A stretch of DNA of 63,996 nt, filler included. It is 5 parts of 5 records of this genome, joined end to end, with 100 filler letters (N's around TTAATTAATTAA, not from the genome) between each part and the next. Parts side by side here need not be neighbours in the genome. Positions count along the whole stretch, not along the records: positions 21,441 to 44,966 come from SRR20825010_1425; positions 45,067 to 55,566 come from SRR20825010_1426; 3 more parts are not named here. One strand, written 5' to 3'. Below the pieces are notes generated by a model. It made no database searches, was not told the DNA's origin, and worked only from the letters and a program-made list of their open reading frames with translations. Positions 39,546-49,682 of the stretch are shown piece by piece. Each line of letters starts with the position of its first letter. Position 1 is the stretch's first letter. A program made the translations under genes and the position numbers.

Positions 39546-41756
39546 ATGGGCATGGCCAAATTTTTTCACATATGTTTATTGCTGGTACTAGGTTCCGCAT
39601 CGGGGTATTCCCAAATATCGCAGACCGCATCTAATTTTGAACTACAGGGGGTGGTCAGGGAAAAGGGAAGTAATCAAGGCCTTTCCGGTGTGGCAGTGTC
39701 CACCAACAGTGGGGAGTATACGCTGACGAATGCCAAAGGGGAATTTAAAATAAAGGTCTACATAGGGCAGGAGCTAATCTTTGAAAGTCCCCTAATGGAA
39801 ACCGTACGATATAGGGTAACAAGTAAGGACCAATTGGAAATTTTGGTAGAGACCAATATCAAGAATAATATTGGGTTAAGTAGGAGTAGTAGTCAAGCGG
39901 AAAGATCTACCTCTTTGTATTATACATATATAGATTCTGCCAATTATTACAAAAAGAGCAATATTCGAAAAAGCATCGATTTTATTACCCAATCACTTGC
40001 CCAATTAGGGTTGGGGAGTAATAAGGAGCAATTGGCTATAGCCTATTCCACACTGGGAGAGGTATACCAATATCACAAGCAGTACGATTTGGCCATTTCC
40101 AGCTACAAGGATGCGCTATTGGCCAACCAGACACTAAAAACATCATTACTGCTAGCCAAGACCTATGTGTTGAACAAGGAGTATGGGGAAGCTGAGAAGT
40201 TGCTGTCACCTTTGGAGAAAATAACCAAAATGGTGCCATTTCAGAGGGTGGAACTGTACGAGATCCTGGGAGATGCCTATGTTGGCTTGGGAGAGGTGGA
40301 TAAGGCTGTGGCTTTTTATGAAGAGGGGCTTAAAATTGCTGATAAGAATCAGATCGCCCCAAAAACCATAGACCTAAATTCCAAAATAGCCACTGCTTAC
40401 GCAAAGGGAAATCGACTTCAAGAAGCAAACGCCTATTTTAATAACTCCTTGGAGCTTTCTTCGGGACAAGCGCCCCAGCGTGCGGTTCAGGAAAAAGAGA
40501 AAGTGGCCGATTTTTACAACAAAAAAAATCAATTTGGACAAGAAATCCAATTGCGCAAAAAGAGTTTGGAGGATTTAAAAAAGATTCCCAAAAGCGAGGT
40601 CGCAGATGGATTATCCATGGAGGACGATTCCATATCGGCCCAAAGAATAAATTATAAAATTGCCAACGCCTATATTGCCCAGGATAAATATGATGAAGCT
40701 ATTCCATATTTGGAAGAAAGTATAAAAGATGCAGATGTTGATGATGATTTGTTGGTCAGGAAAGATGCCACACGTAAATTATCCGAAGTTTATAAGTATA
40801 AGGGCGACTACACCAAAGCTTTGGAGACCTATCAGGAGTATGTAGCCGTTGTAGATACCCTATATGTTAGAAAAGAGCAGGAAATAGCCAGGGCGGCCCG
40901 ATTTAATAGGGAGCTTGCTGCCAAGCAAAGTAGGATATCCGGCCTTGAACAGGAGAGGGAGCTTACCCAAAGTAAATACAGCTTGGCGCTCACGGAGCAG
41001 CAATTGGTGGCAGAAAGTATAAAACGACAAAATTGGATCATATATTCCTTGATCTTTGGAATGCTTTTGATGGGGTTGGCGGTCTACTTTTTTTACAGGA
41101 GCAATAAGCAACAAAAATTGGCCAATAATCTATTGGCCCTAAAATCCCTGAGGTCGCAAATGAACCCCCATTTTATATTCAATGCCTTGAATTCAGTAAA
41201 TAATTTTATTGCCAAAAGTGACGAAAGAAGCGCAAACAGGTACTTGAGCGACTTTTCTACCCTGATGCGGGCCGTATTGGAGAATTCCGATGAGGATTTT
41301 ATTCCCCTGTCCAAGGAGTTGGAATTGTTGGAGCTGTATACCAAGTTGGAGCATTCGCGCTTTTCGGATAAATTCGATTATAGGATTACAGTGGATGAGG
41401 ATATTGATATTGATGCCTTTCAGATACCGCCCATGTTGTTGCAACCTTATATAGAAAATGCCATATGGCACGGACTGCGCTATAGGGAGGACAAGGGGTT
41501 TTTGCAAATTTGGATTAAACAGAAAGATAAGCTTGCCTTGGAGATTTCTATAACCGACAACGGCATAGGTAGAAAGAATTCGGCGGCCTTGAAGACTCAA
41601 AATCAGAAAAAACAAAAATCCAAGGGTATGGGCAACATCAAAAAGAGAATAGAAATATTGAACGATATGTATAGGGATAGGGTAGATGTCATTATTTCAG
41701 ACCTGGAAACAAATGGCACTGGCACCAAGGTGCTATTTACAATTAAGAAGGACTGA
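39546..41756 (+). CDS. TPR-containing LytS-type sensor histidine kinase
   Basis: Carboxypeptidase-regulatory-like N-terminal domain, TPRs, TM segment, LRSQMNPHFIFNALNS, IPPMLLQPYIENAIWHG. Confidence 0.93.
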   Translation: MGMAKFFHICLLLVLGSASGYSQISQTASNFELQGVVREKGSNQGLSGVAVSTNSGEYTLTNAKGEFKIKVYIGQELIFESPLMETVRYRVTSKDQLEILVETNIKNNIGLSRSSSQAERSTSLYYTYIDSANYYKKSNIRKSIDFITQSLAQLGLGSNKEQLAIAYSTLGEVYQYHKQYDLAISSYKDALLANQTLKTSLLLAKTYVLNKEYGEAEKLLSPLEKITKMVPFQRVELYEILGDAYVGLGEVDKAVAFYEEGLKIADKNQIAPKTIDLNSKIATAYAKGNRLQEANAYFNNSLELSSGQAPQRAVQEKEKVADFYNKKNQFGQEIQLRKKSLEDLKKIPKSEVADGLSMEDDSISAQRINYKIANAYIAQDKYDEAIPYLEESIKDADVDDDLLVRKDATRKLSEVYKYKGDYTKALETYQEYVAVVDTLYVRKEQEIARAARFNRELAAKQSRISGLEQERELTQSKYSLALTEQQLVAESIKRQNWIIYSLIFGMLLMGLAVYFFYRSNKQQKLANNLLALKSLRSQMNPHFIFNALNSVNNFIAKSDERSANRYLSDFSTLMRAVLENSDEDFIPLSKELELLELYTKLEHSRFSDKFDYRITVDEDIDIDAFQIPPMLLQPYIENAIWHGLRYREDKGFLQIWIKQKDKLALEISITDNGIGRKNSAALKTQNQKKQKSKGMGNIKKRIEILNDMYRDRVDVIISDLETNGTGTKVLFTIKKD

Positions 41757-41829
41757 TATAAATTAGAGAAGTAAAGGTTCATAGGTCAGAGAGGCCTTAT
41801 AGGGAAGCAATAAAAACAAAAATTTGAGA

Positions 41830-42561
41830 ATGAAGTTAAATGCCCTAATTGTAGAAGATGAAGCAAATAGCAGGGAAATTCTACGTAATTATTTGGCCAA
41901 ATATTGTCCTGCCGTTAATTTGGTAGGCGAAGCGGCGACCATTAAGGAAGGGCTTGCCCTGATCAATAACAACGACCTGGATGTGGTATTCCTGGATGTG
42001 GAAATGCCTTTTGGAAATGCTTTCGATTTGTTGGACCAGCTACCTGACCGTAATTTTGAGACCGTTTTTGTCACTGCCTATAACCAGTACGCCATAGATG
42101 CGCTAAATGCCCACGCCGCCTATTATTTAATGAAGCCCATTAGCATAGATGAACTGATAAAGGCAGTGGACTATGTAGCTGCAATAAGGGAGAAGGAAAA
42201 GGCAATAGAGAATCGTGTTCTTACCCCTAAATTTAACAAGGTGGATGGAAAAATAACCCTGCCGCAACAGGATGGTTTTCAGGTGTTGAATGTGTCGGAT
42301 ATTTTATATTGCAAAGCGGATGACAATTACACGGAACTGTATTTGGAAAAACAAAAAATTCTGGTCAGTAAAACACTTAAATATTTTGAGGATGCCTTGT
42401 CCGACTATACCTTTGCCAGAGTCCATAAATCTTATCTGGTAAATGTAAATGAGATCGTTAAGTATAAGAAGGGTAAGGGTGGCAGTGTGGTAATTTCCAA
42501 CGGAAAGGAAATTTTGGTGTCTGCTTCCAAAAAGAAGGATTTGCTGTCGTTTTTTGAATAG
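41830..42561 (+). CDS. LytTR-family response regulator
   Basis: IVEDE, FLDVEMP receiver motifs; ILYCKADDNYT, SKTLKYFE, FARVHKSYLVN. Confidence 0.95.
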   Translation: MKLNALIVEDEANSREILRNYLAKYCPAVNLVGEAATIKEGLALINNNDLDVVFLDVEMPFGNAFDLLDQLPDRNFETVFVTAYNQYAIDALNAHAAYYLMKPISIDELIKAVDYVAAIREKEKAIENRVLTPKFNKVDGKITLPQQDGFQVLNVSDILYCKADDNYTELYLEKQKILVSKTLKYFEDALSDYTFARVHKSYLVNVNEIVKYKKGKGGSVVISNGKEILVSASKKKDLLSFFE

Positions 42562-42598
42562 CGTAGATTTGCCCAAAGTCTAAGGTTGCACGTTGGAG

Positions 42599-42858
42599 AT
42601 TGAGCGGAGTCGAAATCGTAGATGAAAAATAGTAATGAGCGGCAAACGGTCAACAGCAATCAGGGATGTTTACTACCTTGTGGCTTCGGCTACCATCAGC
42701 CACCGGATGAAAAATAGGAAGATTGAGAGGGTTAGAAATTGAAGTAAACTTGAGATTGTAAATAGTGAACAATCAACAGTTAATAATTAATAGTGAAAAA
42801 CGGGAAAGTCCAATGTAAAAAATACCCCCATTGTTCGTTCGAGCGCAGTCGAGAACTT
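42599..42858. repeat. Cluster of degenerate flavobacterial REP-like palindromes
   Basis: TTGAGCGGAGTCGAAA (~42600), GGCTTCGGCTACCATCAGCC (~42682), GTTCGAGCGCAGTCGAGAAC (~42837). Confidence 0.5.
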
Positions 42859-42933
42859 CTGATATTAGGTGGTGTCAAACCTTAGCAAGTAACGGATGTT
42901 AGAAACCAAAAAAACATAAACGAATAAACTAAG

Positions 42934-43443
42934 ATGATTAAGACCATAAATGGTAAATCGCCACAGATAGGGGAGGATTGTTATATTGCGGAGAATGCCA
43001 CCATTGTGGGCGATGTAGTTATGGGAAACCAATGCAGCATTTGGTTCAATGCCGTTTTAAGAGGTGATGTTCATTATATCAAAATGGGAAATAAGGTAAA
43101 CGTGCAGGATGGTGCCGTTATACATTGTACCTATCTAAAGTCGCCCACCAATATTGGCAACAATGTTTCCATAGGTCATAATGCCATTGTTCATGGCTGC
43201 ACCATTCATGATAATGTTTTAATCGGAATGGGGAGTATCGTCATGGACGATTGTGTTGTGGAAAGCAATAGTATTATTGCAGCAGGAGCCGTGGTTACCA
43301 AGGGAACCCGAGTGCCTTCAGGTACTGTTTTTGCTGGAATGCCGGCAAAAAAAATTAAGGATATCAGTACCGAGTTAAGTGTAGGGGAGGTAGAGCGTAT
43401 AGCCAATGCTTATGTAAAATATTCCGGTTGGTTCAAGGAGTGA
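42934..43443 (+). CDS. Gamma-carbonic anhydrase family protein (YrdA-like)
   Basis: Hexapeptide repeats; IWFNAVLRGD, NVQDGAVIH, IGHNAIVHGC. Confidence 0.95.
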   Translation: MIKTINGKSPQIGEDCYIAENATIVGDVVMGNQCSIWFNAVLRGDVHYIKMGNKVNVQDGAVIHCTYLKSPTNIGNNVSIGHNAIVHGCTIHDNVLIGMGSIVMDDCVVESNSIIAAGAVVTKGTRVPSGTVFAGMPAKKIKDISTELSVGEVERIANAYVKYSGWFKE

Positions 43444-43630
43444 TTTCTTTATATTTAAATATGCTTCAGGGAATATTTTCAGGTTTGTATGCTTGTAGAA
43501 AGGGAAACCTGATCTACCTCTCCTTTGGAGAGCCTGCCTTTGCCGGTAGGCAGGGTCGGAACTGTATTTTTCGACGGTTCCGGGTGAGGTGAAAATGTAA
43601 AATATTCCAGTTGGTTTAAGGAATAATTTC
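43412..43630 (+). repeat. 36-bp direct repeat duplicating the 3' end of the gamma-CA gene
   Basis: 43412-43447 vs 43595-43630, 32/36 identical, encoding VKYSGWFKE* vs VKYSSWFKE*. Confidence 0.85.
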
Positions 43631-43769
43631 AAGAAATAATAGGAGGTTGGAACTTGCCAATGCTGAGATTTGAACATCTAAATGAGCACTAATTCCTAGA
43701 ATTACGGGTAAACTCCTGATTAAATAGTCTTATTTTTGCACAATAATTAAACAGTATTAAAACAAAAGT

Positions 43770-44654
43770 ATGAAAGCATATATTTTTCCAGGACAAGGAG
43801 CACAATTTGTAGGAATGGGATTGGATCTTTATGAAAAGTATCCCTTGGCACAAAAAATGTTTGAAACTGCCAATGAAATTTTGGATTTTTCCATTACAGA
43901 CCTTATGTTCGAAGGTACCCCTGAGGATTTAAAGGAGACCAAGGTAACCCAGCCGGCCATTTTTTTGCATTCGGTAATTATGAGCAAGGTTATGGGGTCA
44001 AGTTTTAAACCGGATATGGTGGCAGGGCATTCCTTGGGAGAATTTTCTGCATTGGTGGCCAATGGGACCTTGGATTTTGAAGACGGATTGAAATTGGTTT
44101 TCCAGAGGGCCATGGCCATGCAAAAGGCCTGTGAAATACAGCCAAGTACTATGGCGGCCGTTTTGGGATTGGATGATGCCATTGTGGAAAAAATATGCGC
44201 GGAAATCCCTGGTATTGTTGTGCCTGCCAACTACAACTGCCCAGGGCAATTGGTCATCTCTGGGGAGGTGGAGGCTATAAATATTGCCTGTGAAAAATTG
44301 AAGGAGGCCGGTGCCCGTAGGGCCTTGGTGCTACCAGTGGGAGGAGCATTCCACTCGCCTTTAATGGAGCCTGCAAGGGAAGAATTGGCAGCGGCCATTG
44401 AAAATACCACATTCAAGACACCTAGTTGTGCCATATACCAAAATGTACCTACTACAGCAGTTAAGGGTCCAGAGGCTATAAAAGCAAATTTAATAGCCCA
44501 GTTAACAGCGCCGGTAAAATGGACACAAAGCGTGCAGCAAATGGTAGCCGATGGAGCAACCTTGTTTACGGAAGTGGGGCCAGGGAAGGTACTTCAGGGC
44601 TTGGTGAAAAAAATTCATCCTGCCGCCGAAACCATGTCTGCGGAGCTTTCTTAA
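43770..44654 (+). CDS. fabD: Malonyl-CoA:ACP transacylase
   Basis: FPGQGAQ, TQPAI, GHSLGE, ANYNCPGQ, GAFHS. Confidence 0.97.
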   Translation: MKAYIFPGQGAQFVGMGLDLYEKYPLAQKMFETANEILDFSITDLMFEGTPEDLKETKVTQPAIFLHSVIMSKVMGSSFKPDMVAGHSLGEFSALVANGTLDFEDGLKLVFQRAMAMQKACEIQPSTMAAVLGLDDAIVEKICAEIPGIVVPANYNCPGQLVISGEVEAINIACEKLKEAGARRALVLPVGGAFHSPLMEPAREELAAAIENTTFKTPSCAIYQNVPTTAVKGPEAIKANLIAQLTAPVKWTQSVQQMVADGATLFTEVGPGKVLQGLVKKIHPAAETMSAELS

Positions 44655-44809
44655 ATGGCTTTGTAATAGTTTTTTGCCGTTTATCTGATAATTTTATATT
44701 TAACCCTTATTCTTAGGCTTATGGGGTATTTTTTCTTAATATTGATTCCCTATTTTGGGGATATGGCAAGGCCATTCCCTGTTTGAATCTTAGAATGATA
44801 TAACCCGCT

Positions 44810-44966
44810 ATGAAAATAAATACCCTACATAATCTACTTTCCAATTTTGTGGTTGCTTCAAGACTTAAGTTTTTGGTATTTGTCAGTACCCTTTTGTTTT
44901 TTGGGTTTAGTGGGTATGGGCAGACGGTGGCTTTCGATGCGACTGCGTCCAACGGGCTAGAATCGG
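44810..44966 (+). CDS. 5' fragment of an exported protein (possible start of a Calx-beta domain)
   Basis: Signal-peptide-like stretch followed by QTVAFDATASNGLES; truncated at the contig end. Confidence 0.5.
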
Positions 44967-45066
44967 NNNNNNNNNNNNNNNNNNNNNNNNNNNNNNNNNN
45001 NNNNNNNNNNTTAATTAATTAANNNNNNNNNNNNNNNNNNNNNNNNNNNNNNNNNNNNNNNNNNNN
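44967..45066. other. Artificial contig spacer
   Basis: N44-TTAATTAATTAA-N44. Confidence 0.99.
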
Positions 45067-45488
45067 CGATATAAGTTATAGGAATCAATCATTTCTCCGG
45101 AACTATTGATCAGAAAAATTATAGGGGAATTGAAATCACTTATAAAAACACTGTCTGCATTATGCACAAAAATACCTGAGGGTGATCTGATGAAATTGGG
45201 ATCTAATGGAATCTCATAGACAAATTCTCCTTTGATCAAATCAACTACAAAAACCTTATCCTTTGGTTTGTTTGCAATAATATAGGCTAAGCCATCTTGA
45301 TGAATGTGAGAAGCGCTAATTGTACCTCCAAAATCATTAGGACTAGTAATACCCAAATCCAGATTAGCTGAGAGAATTTCGGTACTAATATTCCCACCAC
45401 AACTGTCATCAATTAAATCACCAGATTTTCCGCATGAAAGAATTAAAAGGATTGGGCAAAGAAAAAGAATAGTTGAAATGATTCGCAC
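45067..45488 (-). CDS. Lipoprotein, DUF4221-like, 3'-truncated
   Basis: GTG start at 45488 gives MRIISTILFLCPILLILSC lipobox; GIFVHNADSVFI...LINSSGE beta-propeller-like strands. Confidence 0.55.
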
Positions 45489-45637
45489 TTGATGAAAATT
45501 TGACTCGACTAAGACATGCAACGATAGTTGTAATATTAAACTTTTCATTTTTTATTTCAAACATCAAAAACACCAATCTACCCCCCCCCCCAAACTAACT
45601 AGTTGATTTTCAGCGATAATAATAACCACCTAGTATC

Positions 45638-47566
45638 TCAACTCAAAAACTCCCACACACTTTTATACCCATTCTGCGCCTCAAAGTACTGAAGTAGCTG
45701 ATCAAAGAAAGGGTTTTGAGTAAGTGTACCAGAATCACCTATTAGCACCAATTTACGCTTCGCCCGGGTCAGGGCTACATTCATTCGACGAGTATCAGCG
45801 AGGAAACCTATCTCCCCTTTCTCATTGGATCGCGTGAGGGAAATCATCATAAGATCCCGTTCCTGACCTTGGAAACCATCTACCGTATCGATGGTGATTT
45901 GCTCTTTTACAGCCAGCAAACTTGGGTAATCCTCCGAATCAAAAATCAATGCTCGCAATCTCCGCACCTGAGCTCCATAAGGCGCGATCAGGCCAATCGT
46001 CCAATCATTTTGCAGGAAATTATCTACCCCGATTCTCTCCACCAGATCATTCAGGTATTTCGCTGCGAAGAGTGCCTCTTCAGGATTAAAGGTACTCAAG
46101 CTCTCCGCTTCCTTCTGATCCGAATACCCTGCTCCAGCGGTATCTATCCATTCTAAGACAGATTCCTCCGAAGGAAATACATGAGTTTTGGTACGCTCAT
46201 CCGCGATCAATTTCCCCTTATAAAACTGCTCATTGGAAAAACCCATAATTACCTCAGGCATCCTGTATTGCACTTGCAGCATTTGCGCAGCTTGGGGTTT
46301 ACGAGCGATCACTTTCTCGAAAAGCGTCTCTGCAAGCCCATCCTTTCCTGCCTGATAGGATTTGATCGTAGGCGGCAGCTGGCAGTGATCTCCTGCAAAC
46401 ACCACCTTCTTGGCCTTCAAAATCGGAATCCAAGTTGCTGCTTCCAATCCCTGCGCTGCTTCGTCAATAAATACCACATCAAACTCCATCCCTTTCAGGT
46501 TGTAGGACGATGCGCCGACAAGTGTACAAGCAAAAACCTTTGTCTTCTGATAAATATCGTATTGTATGTATTCCTCGAGTGACTTGGACGCTTCACGCAG
46601 TCGGGAAACTTCCGCAAACATCATCTTGCGCTGGACACGCTCATTGTGCCCAAAATTGCGTTTGTATTGCTTGGCAATTTTCAGCTGTTGGTCAGTTTCT
46701 TTCCGAAGCTTCTTCAGATCTCTGTAGCTGGCATGAAAAGCTGTTTTGGCATCCAAGGTCTGATTCAAAATCTTCTCCTCCACTCGTGCTGGATGTCCAA
46801 ATCTCAAGGTCTCTATCCCTCGATCAATCAGTTTTTCTACCAAAAGATCTACCGCAGCATTACTTGGCGCACATACCAAAATCGATTCGCCAGCGATTAC
46901 CGAATCCTGGATCGCCTCGATCAGCGTAGTGGTCTTTCCAGTACCTGGAGGTCCATGTACGACTGCTACATCCTTTGCATTGGCGATCAGTTCACAGGCT
47001 TGGTTTTGGGAGAAATTGAGATTGGATTTAGAAGCAAGTTGCTTTTCAGAAAACTGAGGAGCTTTTTCACCCAGTAGAATATCTTTCAATTCATCCACCC
47101 GCTTGTTTTCAGCCGAAATCACTTTCTTGAGCGCAAACTCCATTTCTCTATAGCTCGCCTCATCAAAAAGTAAATCCACTCCTAACTTGCTTCCTTGCAT
47201 CCATTCCGGTAATTCATCGGCCTGCAAGGTGACCATCATAGTATTTTGCTTCACAAAATTGATCACGCCATTCACGCGATCCTCAGAAGAGTTATACGAC
47301 TCATGGGTGCTGAAAAATGACACAGACTTACCAGAATTGAAGGACGAAGCATGATTGGAATCCGAGCGCTCTACTTCCACCAAGAGGCGCTCACCCATAC
47401 CGATTTTGCTCTTTTTGAGTTGAACAGGATGCCAAGTGATACCTGCCTTTTTTTTATCCGCCAGAGAGGAATTCAGAAATTTCTGTTTGTATTGGGCGAG
47501 ATCTTCCTGCCATTCCAGTTTTAAAAGTTTCAGACCTTTCTTTAATTCCTCCGTGACTTTGTCCAT
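45638..47566 (-). CDS. Superfamily 1 helicase, DNA2/NAM7/IGHMBP2-like
   Basis: HGPPGTGKTTT, APSNAAVD, IDEAAQ, GDHCQLPP, QYRM, TVDGFQGQE, RRMNVALTRAK. Confidence 0.95.
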   Translation of the reverse strand: MDKVTEELKKGLKLLKLEWQEDLAQYKQKFLNSSLADKKKAGITWHPVQLKKSKIGMGERLLVEVERSDSNHASSFNSGKSVSFFSTHESYNSSEDRVNGVINFVKQNTMMVTLQADELPEWMQGSKLGVDLLFDEASYREMEFALKKVISAENKRVDELKDILLGEKAPQFSEKQLASKSNLNFSQNQACELIANAKDVAVVHGPPGTGKTTTLIEAIQDSVIAGESILVCAPSNAAVDLLVEKLIDRGIETLRFGHPARVEEKILNQTLDAKTAFHASYRDLKKLRKETDQQLKIAKQYKRNFGHNERVQRKMMFAEVSRLREASKSLEEYIQYDIYQKTKVFACTLVGASSYNLKGMEFDVVFIDEAAQGLEAATWIPILKAKKVVFAGDHCQLPPTIKSYQAGKDGLAETLFEKVIARKPQAAQMLQVQYRMPEVIMGFSNEQFYKGKLIADERTKTHVFPSEESVLEWIDTAGAGYSDQKEAESLSTFNPEEALFAAKYLNDLVERIGVDNFLQNDWTIGLIAPYGAQVRRLRALIFDSEDYPSLLAVKEQITIDTVDGFQGQERDLMMISLTRSNEKGEIGFLADTRRMNVALTRAKRKLVLIGDSGTLTQNPFFDQLLQYFEAQNGYKSVWEFLS

Positions 47567-47629
47567 CAATGCGTATTTTAGCCCGAAACTAATCAAAACC
47601 TATCGGGTTTTCCCATCCAACCGCTTTCA

Positions 47630-48235
47630 ATGAACTATCTAGCACACGCATACCTTTCTTTTGGTCAAGATGAAGTGCTTGTGGGGAATTTCATGGGTGA
47701 TTTTGTGAAAGGAAAAATGATGGACACCTTTCCTGAGGAAGTCCAGAATGGGATTAAGCTCCATAGAGCAATAGACAAGTTCACAGATACGCATCCTCTT
47801 GTACGGGCAGGACAGAGTTATCTGAGACCACAATTCGGGCATTACGCTACGGTCATCACGGATATTTACTTTGATTATTACCTGTCAAAAAATTGGGAGA
47901 AATATTCCCGTATTCCTCTTGAGGACTTTATCCAAAACACCTTTACTACGCTGAAGCATCACCGCCAACTTTTTCCGGATCGCTTCGCAAATATGTTTCA
48001 ATGGATGGTGCAGGACAATTGGCTTTTGAAATACGGGAAAATTAAAGGGATGGAACAAACGTTCATAGGGATGTCCCGAAGAACCAGTTTTGATTCCAAG
48101 ATGGAGGTGGCACATTTAGCCTTATTGGAGAAAGAAGCAGAATTTCAGGTGATATTCTTCGCTTTTTTCGAGGATTTGGAGACTTTTGCACGAGAGAAAT
48201 TACTAGAAATCCAAGAAGCCAATGCTGGTCATTAA
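47630..48235 (+). CDS. acpH: Acyl carrier protein phosphodiesterase (AcpH/DUF479 family)
   Basis: MNYLAHAYLS, GNFMGDFVKG, GIKLHRAIDKFTDTHP, DIYFDYYL. Confidence 0.88.
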   Translation: MNYLAHAYLSFGQDEVLVGNFMGDFVKGKMMDTFPEEVQNGIKLHRAIDKFTDTHPLVRAGQSYLRPQFGHYATVITDIYFDYYLSKNWEKYSRIPLEDFIQNTFTTLKHHRQLFPDRFANMFQWMVQDNWLLKYGKIKGMEQTFIGMSRRTSFDSKMEVAHLALLEKEAEFQVIFFAFFEDLETFAREKLLEIQEANAGH

Positions 48236-48677
48236 ACCAAAAGTATCCACTTACATTTCATTGAGCCTAGTGCTGCTCATTCTCATTTCGGGTTTGGTAT
48301 ATATCCTTAGAGATTTTGCCTACACAGGTAGTTTCGGGATTTGGTTTTATCTGATTGCCTGTACGCTGATCACCTTGGTGATCCTGATGCTGCTGGTGAA
48401 AATGCTTGCTGGCTATAGATTTATCACTGCAGGAAGGGATCAAATCATCGTCAAACTTCCCTTGAGAGGATACACCAAAACCTATCCCGTTGCTCAGATT
48501 CTAGCTTGGGAGGAGGAAATCGTTAAGGCTAATAAGAAGGAATTTCGCCAGGTGACTATAGCTTTCACTGACAAGCAATCTATATCAGTTTCCAATCACG
48601 AACATGAGGCCTATGCAGACCTAGTCGCATATTTAGCTAAAAAAGCGGGGAAACAGAAGGTGAAGAGTAAAAAGTGA
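48222..48677 (+). CDS. Hypothetical membrane protein
   Basis: Two N-terminal TM helices plus a soluble domain; overlaps the acpH stop. Confidence 0.75.
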   Translation: MLVIKPKVSTYISLSLVLLILISGLVYILRDFAYTGSFGIWFYLIACTLITLVILMLLVKMLAGYRFITAGRDQIIVKLPLRGYTKTYPVAQILAWEEEIVKANKKEFRQVTIAFTDKQSISVSNHEHEAYADLVAYLAKKAGKQKVKSKK

Positions 48678-48753
48678 GAGGTTGGAAGTTAAAAGTAGGA
48701 AGTTAGAAGGGATAGGTGAAAAGTATTCAGTCACAGTGATCAGTATCAGATTT

Positions 48754-48937
48754 ATGGTTAGTCCAGCTTCTGGAGAAGCAGGACAACAATAGAGAAACTA
48801 TGATGTCCGATGCATAATGCCGATGCTGCTGAAAATAAAGTAAGTGGTAAAAGGTGAAAAGAGGGAAGTCTTCGCCACCGTTCGTATCTCACGAATGGTC
48901 ATGGACAGTCCAGCTTCTGATGAAGCAGGAAAACAAT
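48754..48937. repeat. Two copies of a 37-bp hairpin repeat (REP-like)
   Basis: 48754-48790 vs 48901-48937, 32/37 identical; core TCCAGCTTC-N4-GAAGCAGGA. Confidence 0.75.
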
Positions 48938-49020
48938 TGAAGTAGGAAATCGGATTATACTTCCAAACTGCGTTCTCCACGTAACCCTTTGTATGCTTTG
49001 CGGTAAAATCACTAAAAGCA

Positions 49021-49049
49021 AAAAAGCCTGAGATCAATCTCAGGCTTTT
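49021..49049 (-). terminator. Intrinsic terminator after ppa
   Basis: AAAAGCCTGAGAT-ca-ATCTCAGGCTTTT immediately past the stop codon. Confidence 0.85.
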
Positions 49050-49052
49050 AGT

Positions 49053-49592
49053 TTATCGTTTCGTTCGGAAATTCTGATCATAAAGATCAACGCTTTCTCT
49101 GATGATTCGCATCGCATCTTCTTTGCCAAGGAAGTCTTCTACTTTCACTTCCTTGTTTTCGAGCTTCTTATAGTCTTCAAAGAATCTGTGAACTTCCTTC
49201 ATCAAATGCGGAGGAAGATCATCAATGTCATTGATGTAATTGACAGATTGATCACCAGCTGCAACAGCGATGATCTTGTCATCAGCTTCACCACCGTCAA
49301 TCATTCGCATCACACCGATCACCTTAGCTTCTACCAAACACATAGAAGGGATATCAATCTGAGAAATGATCAGAATGTCCAATGGATCATGGTCTTCACA
49401 GAAAGTCTGTGGAATAAAACCATAATTTGCTGGGTAATGCACCGCAGAGAAGAGCACACGGTCCAGCATCAGCATCCCGGTTTTCTTGTCCAACTCGTAC
49501 TTTCCTTTGCTACCCTTTGGTATTTCAATTACTCCTGTTACGAATTCAGGGGCATTTTTCCCGATGTTGACGTCATGCCAGGGATTAATCAT
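49053..49592 (-). CDS. ppa: Inorganic pyrophosphatase (family I)
   Basis: [46 protein letters not shown]. Confidence 0.97.
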   Translation of the reverse strand: MINPWHDVNIGKNAPEFVTGVIEIPKGSKGKYELDKKTGMLMLDRVLFSAVHYPANYGFIPQTFCEDHDPLDILIISQIDIPSMCLVEAKVIGVMRMIDGGEADDKIIAVAAGDQSVNYINDIDDLPPHLMKEVHRFFEDYKKLENKEVKVEDFLGKEDAMRIIRESVDLYDQNFRTKR

Positions 49593-49682
49593 AATATCTT
49601 TAATTAGTTGATAAAAAGTGAAGCTTTTCGCAAAGCACGTGCAAAGATAGGATTTAGCTTGAAAATGACCAGTAACCTGTCA

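Noticed and set aside
44967-45066. ORFs read through N runs and the TTAATTAATTAA palindrome as a biological site
   Set aside because: Artificial contig spacer
48754-48937. CRISPR array
   Set aside because: Only two repeats, a 110-nt spacer and no cas genes
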